Below, one piece after another: positions 24,535-36,000 of a stretch of DNA of 64,000 nt. The position numbers were made by a program, and so were the translations under genes. Location of the stretch: positions 21,142,001 through 21,206,000 of the forward strand of contig NC_086108.1 of NCBI RefSeq assembly GCF_963921235.1. The letters run 5' to 3'. Positions within the stretch are counted from its first letter, which is position 1; the number at the start of each line of letters is the position of its first letter. The notes beneath the pieces are model-generated. The model saw nothing but the letters and a program-made list of their open reading frames with translations. It searched no databases and was not told the DNA's origin. Origin of the DNA: Mobula hypostoma (taxonomy: Eukaryota).

Positions 24535-25250
24535 CACGGACAGCACACCCTCTTAGATATCTCTGTCCATTATTCCTGAGGCCTTAGACAACAGTGAGCT
24601 GGTCCAGCCTTTGACCCTAGAGGGGCTGACAGGTGCCAGCCTTACTCTTGGGAGGAATTACACTCCAAGAAGCAATACTTTACAGGCTAAATTGTACTGG
24701 GCTCTCTGGGTCTGGATGGGCTCAGACCTGGTGGATGTGTACAATGCTATTGCTGGCTGGCAGGCACATCATAATTCATGGGGAGCAGCATCTTCAACCC
24801 AGCTACAAGCAGAAAGGGAAGAGGACAGATATCAGGAATTGTACATTCATATGACTGTTGAACATGACTAGAAGATCCTGTTCAAGGTCATTGCGAATTG
24901 GATCATCTGTTCTGGGACAGGTGATGAAGGGATGATTGCTCATCCCTTTGTCGACTGAGTTTTTGCAAAGAAGGTCTGGCAAAGGATGAAAGAGTCTTTG
25001 TCAAGGTGAATCCCAGGCAGCTGCGTAACAGCACTCTCTGATCTATTGCATGTTTCCAAAGCTCTTCAAAGAGCATCAACTCAGTGAAAAACACATTTTA
25101 GTCTGCCCAAACCTGTTGGTCTTCTAGTACAACAGAGTACCTGTAAGGAAACACTGCCGTGGTCTAGGTTGCATGAACAGGTGCTGAGGGATGCATTGAA
25201 GCTTGTTACAGTCAATGCAAAGGCTTTGTAGAGAAGGACTGTGGTCTAAG
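24535..25250 (+). mobile_element. Tx1/L1-clade LINE ORF2 relic, internally deleted
   Basis: LTLEGLTGA...NYTPRSNTLQAKLYWALWVWMGSDLVDVYN and YKQKG.EDIRN...KILFKVIAN resemble the pre-RT region of Tx1 ORF2. A C-terminal INSVK...SAQ remnant follows. Confidence 0.65.
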
Positions 25251-26249
25251 GTAATTATGCCACTAGGCATGGGGGATTGGTGCTATTGATGTCACTGCAC
25301 TGTGGCCCACCCAAACTCCATAATTTTAAGTGTTTTCTCTAGCTCCTAACAGTCTCTCAATGGTCACAGTCTCCCTCGTTATTGCCAATTCATTTCTGAT
25401 TCTAGCCCTCCTCAATGATTGTTGTGTGTTCCTTCTAAAATGTTGTGTGAAATTAATTTGTTTTCCCTCAAGCTACAATTTTTAAAATCTTTTATAAAAT
25501 GTCCTCAATATCCTGGCTTCATCCTGAATTCCACTTATTTCCAACGTTCCTCCATTGTTCTCTCTTGACTGGAAAGTCTGCAATCCTGCACCACCTCCCC
25601 ACCGCCCCCGCCCCCCCCCCCGCCGCCTCCTGCCAAGATGCTTCTGCAGATTGGCACCGGTCTTCTCCCCCTTCTGCTTCAGAAACACCAGGGAGAAGTT
25701 GGGCCAATGGAGTGCTAGAATTAGAGGGCAAAGGGAGAAAGCATTTGAGGACATGGAGAACCAGTGAATGGTAAGGAGACCACAATCAGAGAGAAAGATG
25801 GATATACTAGAAAAAAAGGATAGAAACTGAGATCAGTGCGGTGAAGGAATTTGGAGAACAGGAAGAAATTCCACAGACAGTGCACGTTAAAGAAAGAAGG
25901 GAGCAATGGGTATTGTAATCTAGCTTTTTAGACTACTCAAAATAAATTCATTTGTTATCGTCAAATTTCCAATTAACATCGGAAGTGAATTATGGAAGGG
26001 TGCACTGCAGGGCAGAGTAAACCAGGAGAAGGTTAGGAAGAGTGAAAGGATTATTTGAGGAATTGTGTGCTAACTCGAAGCTACAGCATTATGGAATTCT
26101 ATGATGTACTGAAGACAATCAATAATCTTGAGGAATAAACGCAGAAATCTATAAATGGAGATGTAATGGATGTACCCCAAAGAAGATGTGAAGATCAGTA
26201 ATGAATATATCAGGTAACAAGAAAAGTTGTCAATGTGATGCAACTAGTG

Positions 26250-26530
26250 GAGTCACTGTCAGGTTCCATCCTGACTTTGGGCGCAGCCTATGTGGAATTT
26301 GCATATTGCCCGTTACCACTGGACTTCCGGCAAGAACTTCCTTGCATTTCTCAAAGGCATAAATTAGTTGGTTACTGTAATTTGCATTGTAGCTGATTGA
26401 TAAGTTGACTATTAACCATCCATTTTTCATTAATCTTGTTTTACTCCCCATGTGTAGAATAAAACAAGATTAGTGAAGGAAATAGATGGACAATGGTCAG
26501 TACAGTCTTGATGGGCCAAAGCGTTTTTTT
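26250..26530 (+). mobile_element. Old V-SINE-like element
   Basis: Degenerate TGTGGAATTTGCATATTGCCCGTTACC core and a CR1-like end (TGATGGGCCAAAG). Confidence 0.45.
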
Positions 26531-26736
26531 TCAATGGTGGATTCACCCACACTCAGATCCACAGGAAATTTGCCAATAACAAATAAATTTCTTTTGGGTA
26601 GTCTGACAAGCTAGATTGCAAATACTTTCCGAAAATTAATTTGTTCAATGTGCACTTTTGTCATTTGTTTGAAAAGTACACATCCAATTCATTCCCTTAC
26701 TTCAGAAAAAGATCTTTTTGATTCACGAGTTGGAGT

Positions 26737-27585
26737 TGTTACGTACCCCGTAACTGGGTTGCCAAACCAGCAGAAATGGATCACTCAGTTGGAGTCTGGA
26801 GTACTAGAACTAAGAAAGTTTTATTAAAGAAACAAGCAACACAGTAATCGAAAGGATAATAAATGCAACAATTCAACAATGATAACCACACATGTGCACA
26901 GAATTAAGATAACAGCATCAATCAAGCTCTATCGTTGTCTAGGGGTAAATGACCAATTTCAAAATGACTCAAAGTTCAGTCCAGTTCGCAGTAATCGTTG
27001 CCATGGCGATGGACAAGGTGGGGGAAGAGAGACAGAGAGAACAGGAACAACTGATCATTCAGAACGGCTTCACTCACAGACCAGCGGGATGGCTCACAAA
27101 CAGCATTTGGGCGGGTCCTTGGTGATGTCACCTGAGGTCACCGACTGTGACCCCTCCTCCAGATGCGGTCGATCCTCTGCAGTGAACCCGGCACCCAGGC
27201 AAGGGCGGACACACACCGGGTTCCCGCTGATCGTACCTTTCCACCCTTGTCGTTGTCTGGCACTTCTCACCCACTCGTGAGAGGCGCACCGCTTCCAGGG
27301 TCTCGTTACCTCGGGTGGTGTGTGTGTCTGTCTTAGCGAACCTGTCCCTTTTTATCCCCCTGCTGGGGTATCGCCTGTCCATCACTTCAAACAGTTCAGG
27401 GTTCAAAGGGGGGAGCCGCTCCAGACAGTTCTCCCTCCCACATCCCTTCATTACACATCTCCAGACGCTGCTCCATTGTTCCTTATCTCTCCTTCCCCTG
27501 AGGGCAGGTGGCAGACCAACTGCTGATGCCACTGATGCTAGCCCAGGCCAGCAAACATCTTAATTTTATGTGTATTCTCGTAACA
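26737..27585 (-). mobile_element. Solo LTR, 849 bp
   Basis: TGTTACG...CGTAACA inverted termini and a perfect 4-bp TSD GAGT (26733-36, 27586-89). Minus-strand AATAAA ~26820. CpG-rich interior. Confidence 0.88.
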
Positions 27586-27629
27586 GAGTAAACATCAGAT
27601 TTTTTCTTTTAATGAAGTCAAGTGCAGAG

Positions 27630-27815
27630 TCGAAAAATAAAAACAGAAATTGTATGACCCCTGACTCAGGGGTCAGGGATTGTCTGTGAAAAAAGAATGA
27701 GCATTTCAGGTCCAAGACCCTTCATTCGAACCCGGGTCTTGAACCCAAAGTATTAAGTCTGATTCTCTTTCCTCTGATACTACCTGCCTGCTAAATATTT
27801 ACAGCTTTCAAATAT
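27630..27815. mobile_element. Degenerate inverted pair of Penelope-type terminal fragments
   Basis: Minus strand GAATGAAGGGTCTTGGACCTGAAATG faces plus strand GGGTCTTGAACCCAAAG...CCTGCCTGCTAAATATTTACAGC. Confidence 0.5.
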
Positions 27816-27865
27816 TGTTGTTGATTTAAAGTTGAAGAAAATTGTCTTTTTCATATTCTTCTCAG

Positions 27866-28019
27866 TCAAGAGGAGTACAAACAAATCTTCTATATAAAAT
27901 CTATCACAAGCCAAAGCCACTAAAAAGAACACGAGGTGGCGCTGTGATACCAGAAGGAGTTGATTTTATCACAAGAAACTGCGGCAACTGGAAAGCTAAA
28001 CCAAAAATAAAAGAAAAAT
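27866..28019 (+). CDS. Candidate internal exon of an unidentified host gene
   Basis: Pyrimidine tract plus CAG acceptor, GTAAG donor, non-repetitive, and exactly one open frame (SRGVQTNLLYKIYHKPKPLKRTRGGAVIPEGVDFITRNCGNWKAKPKIKEK). No homolog recognised. Confidence 0.35.
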
Positions 28020-28049
28020 GTAAGAAGCTCAGTCTTATTTTGTTTAGAG

Positions 28050-28405
28050 ATACATAATGGTAACAGGCCCTTCTAGCCCAATGGGCCAACGACACCCAAT
28101 TATATGCATGTGACCAATTAACCTACTAACCCGTATGTCTGGAATGTGGGAGGAAACCAGAGAACCCAGAGGAAACCCATGCAGTCATGGGGAAAAGATA
28201 CAATCTCTGTACAGACAATGGTGGAATTAAATGGGGGTCGCTAGCGTTACAATAGTGTTGCGCTAAATGTACAAACACAGTACAGAGAGTGGCAGAATTA
28301 AACACTGGCATTGTAATAGGATTGCACGAAATGTACAGACAGTGGCAGAATTAAACGCTAGTGTTGTAATAGGGTTGCACGAAACCCTATGTTATTGTGC
28401 TGCCC
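28050..28405 (-). mobile_element. V-SINE-like element with a roughly triplicated head segment
   Basis: Antisense V core TGGAATGTGGGAGGAAACCAGAGAACCCAGAGGAAACCCATGCAGTCATGGGGA. The ACAGA..GTGGCAGAATTAAA...TGTAATAG unit recurs about 3 times at 28210-28385. Confidence 0.65.
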
Positions 28406-28632
28406 TTAGATGGAGAGAATGTTCATATCTTGACTTATTTTCTGGTTCCCAAGTCACTTTTGATCAGCATAAAGTCAAGTCAAAACTTGATAGCCAAGTT
28501 GACTCATTCTTGGATTATTCTTTTTTCCCTTTGAACTACTCATCATGTCCAAAACGAAAAAAAAGTTCTGGCCACAAATGCAAAAATTCCTCATCGGATG
28601 AAACTGAGACCCAGTTTTCCAGAGAAAAGAGA

Positions 28633-29670
28633 TGGGGCCCTGGTGGGGAGAGAGAGGAGGTCCTGGTGGAGGGGAGAGAGGAGGCCCTGGAGGGGAGAGA
28701 GAGAGAAAAACACTGATGGGGAGAGAGAGGAGGCCCTGGTGGGGAGAGAGAGAGAAAAACACTGATGGGGAGAGAGAGGAGGCCCTGGTGGGGAGAGAGA
28801 AGAGGTCCTGATGGGGAGAGAGAAGAGGTCCTGATGGGGAGAGAGAGGAGGTCCTGATGGGGAGAGAGAAGAGGACCTGATGGGGGGAGAGAGGAGGAGG
28901 CCCTGGTGGGGATAGAGAGGAGGAGGCCCTGGTAGGGAGAGAGAGGAGGTCCTGATGGGGAGAGAGCAGAGGAGGCCCTGGTGGGGAGAGAGAGGAGGTC
29001 CTGGTGGGGAGAGAGAGGAGGCCCTACTGGGGAGAGAGAGGAGGCCCTGGTGAGGAGAGAGAGGAGGTCCTGGTGGGGAGAGAGAGGAGACCCTGCTGGG
29101 GAGAGAGCGGAGGAGGCCCTGGTGGGGAGAGAGAGGAAGCCCTGGTGGGGAGAGAGAGGAGGCCCTACTGGGGAGAGAGAGGAGGCCCCGGTGAGGAGAG
29201 AGAGGAGGTCCTGGTGGGGAGAGAGAGGAGACCCTGCTGGGGAGAGAGCGGAGGAGGCCCTGGTGGGGAGAGAGAGGAAGCCCTGGTGGGGAGAGAGAGG
29301 AGACCTTGGTGGGGGAGAGAGAGGAGCCCCTGGTGGGGAGAGAGAAGAGGTCCTGATGGGGAGAGAGCAGAGGAGGCCCTGGTGGGGAGAGAGCGGAGGA
29401 GGCCCTGGTGGGGAGAGAGAGGAGGCCCTGATGGGGAGAGAGAGGAGGTCCTGATGGGGGGAGAGAGAGGAGGCCCTGATGAGCAGAGAGAGGAGGCCCT
29501 GCTGGGGAGAGAGCGGAGGAGGCCCTGGTGGGGAGAGAGAGGAGGCCCTGGTGAGGAGAGAGAGGAGGTCCTGGTGGGGAGAAAGAGGAGGCCCTGCTGG
29601 GGAGAGAGAGGAGGTCCTGGTGGGCAGAGAGAGGAGGCCCTGGCGGGGAGAGAGAGGAGGTCCTCATGGG
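28633..29670 (+). repeat. Purine-rich minisatellite, ~23-26 bp unit (GAGAGAGGAGGCCCTGGTGGG variants)
   Basis: Directly visible tandem array with an internal ~141-bp higher-order duplication (GCCCTACT at 29021 and 29162). Confidence 0.95.
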
Positions 29671-29733
29671 GGGGAGGGAGGGAGGGAGAGAGAGAGAGAA
29701 AGAGAGAGAGAGCGAGATAGATAGATAGATAGA
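29671..29733 (+). repeat. Compound microsatellite (GGGA)n(GA)n(GATA)n
   Basis: Directly visible. Confidence 0.9.
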
Positions 29734-30050
29734 TTATGGAGACAGTTTGAAAATTATCTCTCATGTTTCTTGATATTATTCCTGGTGATTCAGCATCTCT
29801 CGACCCTGCCACATTAATCTGGCCCACTTAATTTCATTAACCTTGTCTAACACTACTGGCCTTTATTGGGATCTTTCTCATTCTTCCATCAATCTTATTA
29901 TGGATTAAGGTTATGGATATGCAAAGGGTTTGTGCGGGTGGTGATAACTCACCCTTAGAGTTAAGATTAGGGATAGGGTATAATTATGTGTGCAGTTATA
30001 GCTTATGGTTAGTGTTGGGGGGTGGATTGTAGGGAACGAGTGCTCAGGTT

Positions 30051-33000
30051 TGTAGGGGTGTGGGTCAGTAGAGGGTGTGGGGGTGTGGATCAGTAGAGAG
30101 AGTGTGGGGGATGTGGGTCAGTAGAGGGGTGTGGGGGTGTGGGTCAGTAGAGGGGTGTGGGGGTGTGGGTCAGAAGAGGTGGGGATGTGGGTCAGTAGAG
30201 AGCGTGTGGGGGATGTGGGTCAGTAGAGGGTGTGGGGGAGTGGGTCAGTAGAGGGTGTGGGGATGTGGGTTAGGAGAGAGGGTGTGGGGGATGTGAGTCA
30301 GTAGAGGGCGTGGGGGATGTGGGTCAGTAGAGGGGTGTGAGGGTGTGGGTCAGTAGAGGGTGTGGGGGTGTCAGTCAGTGGAGGGGTGTGGGGTGTGGGT
30401 CAGTAGAGGGTGTGGGGGTGTGGGGATGTGGGTCAGTAGAGCGTGTAGGGGTGTGGGGGTATGGGGTGTGAGTCAGTAGAAGGTGTGGGGTGTGGGTCAG
30501 TAGAGGGTGTGGGGGAGTGGGTCAGTAGAGGGTGTGGGGATGTGGGTCAGTAGAAAGGGTGTGGGGGATGTGGGTCAGTAGAGGGTGTGGGGATGTGGGT
30601 CAGTAGAGGGGTGTGGGGTGTGGGTCAGTCGAGGGTGTGGGGGTGTCAGTCAGTGGAGGGGTGTGGGGTGTGGGTCAGTTGAGGGTGTGGGGGTGTGGGT
30701 CAGTAGTGGGGTGTGGGTCAGTAGAGGGTGTGGGGGTGTGGGGTGTGAGTCAGTAGAAGGTGTGGGAGGTGTCAGTCAGTGGAGGGGTGTGGGGTGTGGG
30801 TCAGTAGAGGTGGGGATGTGGGTCAGTAGAGAGCGTGTGGGGGATGTGGGTCAGTAGGGGGGTGTGGGTCAGTAGAGGGTGTGGGGGAGTGGGTCAGTAG
30901 AGGGTGTGGGGATGTGGGTTAGGAGAGAGGGTGTGGGGGATGTGAGTCAGTAGAGGGTGTGGGGATGTGGGTCAGTAGAGGGGTGTGGGGGTGTGGGTCA
31001 GTAGAGGGCGTGGGGGATGTGGGTCAGTAGAGGGGTGTGAGGGTGTGGGTCAGTAGAGGGTGTGGGGGTGTCAGTCAGTGGAGGGGTGTGGGGTGTGGGT
31101 CAGTAGAGGGTGTGGGGGTGTGGGGATGTGGGTCAGTAGAGCGTGTAGGGGTGTGGGGGTGTGGGGTGTGAGTCAGTAGAAGGTGTGGGGTGTGGGTCAG
31201 TAGAGGGTGTGGGGGAGTGGGTCAGTAGAGGGTGTGGGGATGTGGGTCAGTAGAAAGGGTGTGGGGGATGTGGGTCAGTAGAGGGTGTGGGGATGTGGGT
31301 CAGTAGAGGGGTGTGGGGTGTGGGTCAGTCGAGGGTGTGGGGGTGTCAGTCAGTGGAGGGGTGTGGGGTGTGGGTCAGTAGAGGGTGTGGGGGTGTGGGG
31401 GTGTGGGGTGTGAGTCAGTAGAAGGTGTGGGGTGTGGGTCAGTAGAGGGTGTGGGGGAGTGGGTCAGTAGAGGGTGTGGGGATGTGGGTCAGTAGAAAGG
31501 GTGTGGGGGATGTGGGTCAGTAGAGGGTGTGGGGATGTGGGTCAGTAGAGGGGTGTGGGGTGTGGGTCAGTCGAGGGTGTGGGGGTGTCAGTCAGTGGAG
31601 GGGTGTGGGGTGTGGGTCAGTAGAGGGTGTGGGGGTGTGGGTCAGTAGAGGGGTGTGGGTCAGTAGAGGGTGTGGGGGTGTGGGGTGTGAGTCAGTAGAA
31701 GGTGTGGGGTTTGGGTCAGTAGAGGGGTGTGGGGGTGTGGGTCAGTAGAGGGTGTGGGAGGTGTCAGTCAGTGGAGGGGTGTGGGGTGTGGGTCAGTAGA
31801 GGGTGTGGGGGTGTGGGGATGTGAGTCAGTAGAGGGTGTGGGGGTGTGGGGTGTGAGTCAGTAGAAGGTGTGGGGTGTGGGTCAGTAGAGGGTGTGGGGA
31901 AGTGGGTCAGTAGAGGGTGTGGGGATGTGGGTCAGTAGAGGGTGTGGGGGAGTGGGTCAGTAGACGGTGTGGGGATGTGGGTCAGTAGAGGGGTGTGGGG
32001 GTGTGGGTCAGTAGAGGGTGTGGGGGTGTCAGTCAGTGGAGGGGTGTGGGGTGTGGGTCAGTGGAGGGTGTGGGTCAGTAGAGGGTGTGGGGGTGTGGGT
32101 CAGTAGAGGGTGTGGGGGTGTGGGTCAGTAGAGGAGTGTGGGTCAGTAGAGGGTGTGGGGGTGTGGGGGTGTGGGGGTGTGAGTCAGTAGAAGGTGTGGG
32201 GTTTGGGTCAGTAGCGGGTGTGGGGGTGTGTGTCAGTAGAGGGGTGTGGGGGTGTGGGTCAGTAGAGGGGTGTGGGGGTGTGAGTCAGTAGGGAGTGTAG
32301 GAGTGTGGGTCAGTAGAGGAGTGTGGGTCAGTAGAGGGTGTGGGGATGTGGGTCAGTAGAGGGGTGTGGGGGTGTGGGTCAGTAGAGGGTGTGAGGGATG
32401 TGGGTCAGTAGAGGGGTGTGGGGGTGTGGGGGTGTGGGGGTGTGGGTCAGTAGAGGGTGTGGGGGATGTCAGTCAGTGGAGGGGTGTGGGGTGTGGGTCA
32501 GTAGAGGGTGTGGGGATGTGAGTCAGTAGAGGGTGTGGGGATGTGGGTCAGTAGAAGGGTGTGGGGGTGTGGGTCAGTAGAGGGATGTGGGGGTGTGAGT
32601 CAGTAGGGGTGTAGGAGTGTGGGTCAGTAGAGGGTGTGGGGATGTGGGTCAGTAGAGGGGTGTGGGGGTGTGGGTCAGTAGAGGGTGTGAGGGATGTGGG
32701 TCAGTAGAGGGGTGTGGGGGTGTGGGGGTGTGGGTCAGTAGAGGGGTGTGGGGGTGTGGGTCAGTAGAGGGTGTGGGGGGTGTCAGTCAGTGGAGGGGTG
32801 TGGGGTGTGGGTCAGTAGAGGGTGTGGAGGTGTGGGGATGTGGGTCAGTAGAGGGTGTGGGGGTGTGGGGGTGTGGGGGTGTGGGGTGTGAGTCAGTAGA
32901 AGGTGTAGGGTGTGGGTCAGTAGAGGGTGTGGGGGAGTGGGTCAGTAGAGGGTGTGGGGATGTGGGTCAGTAGAGAGGGTGTGGGGGATGTGGGTCAGTA

Positions 33001-36000
33001 GAAGGGTGTGGGGGATGTGGGTCAGTAGAGGGTGTGGGGATGTGGGTCAGTAGAGGGGTGTGGGGGTGTGGGTCAGTAGAGGGTGTGGGGGTGTCAGTCA
33101 GTGGAGGGGTGTGGGGTGTGGGTCAGTAGAGGGTGTGGGGGTGTGGAGATGTGAGTCAGTAGAGGGTGTGGGGTGTGGGGTGTGGGGTGTGGGGTGTGAG
33201 TCAGTAGAGGGTGTGGGGTGTGGGTCAGTAGAGGGTGTGGGGATGTGGGTCAGTAGAGGGTGTGGGGGAGTGGGTCAGTAGAGGGTGTGGGGATGTGAGT
33301 CAGTAGAGGGGTGTGGGGGTGTGGGTCAGTAGAGGGTGTGGGGGTGTCAGTCAGTGGAGGGGTGTGGGGTGTGGGTCAGTGGAGGGTGTGGGTCAGTAGA
33401 GGGTCTGGGGGTGTGGGGTGTGAGTCAGTAGAAGGTGTGGGGTTTGGGTCAGTAGAGGGTGTGGGGGTGTGTGTCAGTAGAGGGGTGTGGGGGTGTGGGT
33501 CAGTAGAGGGGTGTGGGGGTGTGGGTCAGTAGAAGGTGTGGGGGATGTGGGTCAGTAGAGGGGTGTGGGGGTGTGGGGATGTGGGTCAGTAGAGGGATGT
33601 GGGGGTGTGAGTCAGTAGGGGGTGTAGGAGTGTGGGTCAGTAGAGGAGTGTGGGTCAGTAGAGGGTGTGGGGATGTGGGTCAGTAGAGGGTGTGGGGGGT
33701 GTCAGTCAGTGGAGGGGTGTGGGGTGTGGGTCAGTAGAGGGTGTGGGGGTGTGGGGTGTGAGTCAGTAGAAGGTGTGGGGTGTGGGTCAGTAGAGGGTGT
33801 GGGGGAGTGGGGGTGTGGGGTGTGAGTCAGTAGAAGGTGTGGGGTTTGGGTCAGTAGAGGGTGTGGGGGTGTGTGTCAGTAGAGGGGTGTGGGGGTGTGG
33901 GTCAGTAGAGGGGTGTGGGGGTGTGGGTCAGTAGAGGGGTGTGGGGGTGTGAGTCAGTAGGGGGTGTAGGAGTGTGGGTCAGTAGAGGTGTGTGGGTCAG
34001 TAGAGGGTGTGGGGATGTGGGTCAGTAGAGGGGTGTGGGGGTGTGGGTCAGTAGAGTGTGTGGGGGATGTGGGTCAGTAGAGGGGTGTGGGGGTGTGGGG
34101 GTGTGGGTCAGTAGAGGGTGTGGGGGTGTCAGTCAGTGGAGGGGTGTGGGGTGTGGGTATGTGGGTCAGTAGAGGGTGTGGGGGTGTGGGGGTGTGGGGT
34201 GTGAGTCAGTAGAAGGTGTGGGGTGTGGGTCAGTAGAGGGTGTGGGGGAGTGGGTCAGTAGAGGGTGTGGGGATGTGGGTCAGTAGAGAGGGTGTGGGGT
34301 ATGTGGGTCAGTAGAGGGTGTGGGGATGTGGGTCAGTAGAGGGGTGTGGGGGTGTGGGTCAGAAGAGGGTGTGGGTGTGTCAGTCAGTGGAGGGGGGTGG
34401 GGTGTGGGTCAGTAGAGGGTGTGGGGGTGTGGAGGTGTGGGTCAGTAGAGGGGTGTGGGTCAGTAGAGGGTGTGGGGGTGTGGGGTGTGAGTCAGTAGAA
34501 GGTGTGGGGTTTGGGTCAGTAGAGGGGTGTGGGGGTGTGGGTCAGTAGAGGGTGTGGGGGTGTCAGTCAGTGGAGAGCTGTGGGGGTGTGGAGGTGTGGG
34601 TCAGTAGAGGGGTGTGGGTCAGTAGAGGGTGTGGGGGTGTGGGGTGTGAGTCAGTAGAAGCTGGGGGTTTGGGTCAGTAGAGGGGTGTGGGGGTGTGGGT
34701 CAGTAGAGGGTGTGGGGATGTGGGTCAGTAGAGGGTGTGGGGATGTGGGTCAGTAGAGGGGTGTGAGGGTGTGGGTCAGTAGAGGGTGTGGGGATGTGGG
34801 TCAGTAGAGAGGGTGTGGGGGATGTGGGTCAGCAGAAGGGTGTGGGGGTGTGAGGGTGTGGGTCAGTAGAGGGTGTGGGGGTGACGGTCAGTAGAAGGTG
34901 TGGGGTGTGGATCAGTAGAGAGGTGTGGGGTGTGGATCACTAGAGGGGTGTGGGGGTGTGGGTCAGTGGATCAGTAGAGGGGTGTGGGTCAGTAGAGAGG
35001 GTGTGGGGGATGTGGGTCAGTAGAGGGGTGTGGGGGTGTGAGTCAGTAGAGGGTGTGGGGATGTGGGTCAGTAGAGGGTGTGGGGGTGTGGGTCAGTGGA
35101 GGCGTGTGGGAGTGTGTGGTGTGGGGATGTGGGTCAGTAGAGGAGTGTTTTTCAGTAGAGGGGTGTGGGGTTGTGGGTGAGTGGGTCAGTAGAGGGTGTG
35201 GGGATGTGGATGAGTAGAGAGGTGTGGGGTGTGGATCACTAGAGGGGTGTGGGGGTGTAGGTCGGTGGATCAGTAGAGGGGTGTGGGAGTGTCCATCAGT
35301 GGAGGGGTGTGGGGGATGTGGGTCAGTAGAGGGGTGTGGGGGTGTGGGTCAGTGGAGGGTGTGGGGTGTGGATCAGTAGAGGGGTGTGGGGGTGTCGGTC
35401 AGTAGAGGGGTGTGGGGTGTGGATCAGTAGAGGGGTGTGGGGGTGTGGGTCAGTAGAGGGGTGTGGGGGTGTGGGTCAGTAGAGGGGTGTGGATCAGTAG
35501 AGGGGTGTAGGGGTGTGGGTCAGTAGAGGGGTGTGGGGGTGTGGGTCAGTAGAGGGGTGTGGGGGTGTGGGTCAGAAGAGGTGGGGATGTGGGTCAGTAG
35601 AGAGCGTGTGGGGGATGTGGGTCAGTAGGGGGGTGTGGGTCAGTAGAGGGTGTGGGGGAGTGGGTCAGTAGAGGGTGTGGGGATGTGGGTTAGGAGAGAG
35701 GGTGTGGGGGATGTGAGTCAGTAGAGGGTGTGGGGATGTGGGTCAGTAGAGGGGTGTGGGGGTGTGGGTCAGTAGAGGGCGTGGGGGATGTGGGTCAGTA
35801 GAGGGGTGTGAGGGTGTGGGTCAGTAGAGGGTGTGGGGGTGTCAGTCAGTGGAGGAGTGTGGGGTGTGGGTCAGTAGAGGGTGTGGGGGTGTGGGGATGT
35901 GGGTCAGTAGAGCGTGTAGGGGTGTGGGGGTGTGGGGTGTGAGTCAGTAGAAGGTGTGGGGTGTGGGTCAGTAGAGGGTGTGGGGGTGTGGGTCAGTAGA

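Noticed and set aside
25482..25785. Overlapping ORFs around a C-rich tract
   Set aside because: No recognisable domain, and low complexity explains the open frames. Only the GTAAG at 25771 hints at an exon.
28591..29827. Long Pro/Ser/Leu-rich (358 aa) and Gly/Glu/Arg-rich ORFs
   Set aside because: Several frames on both strands are open because the minisatellite unit lacks stop codons; unit lengths are not consistently multiples of 3.
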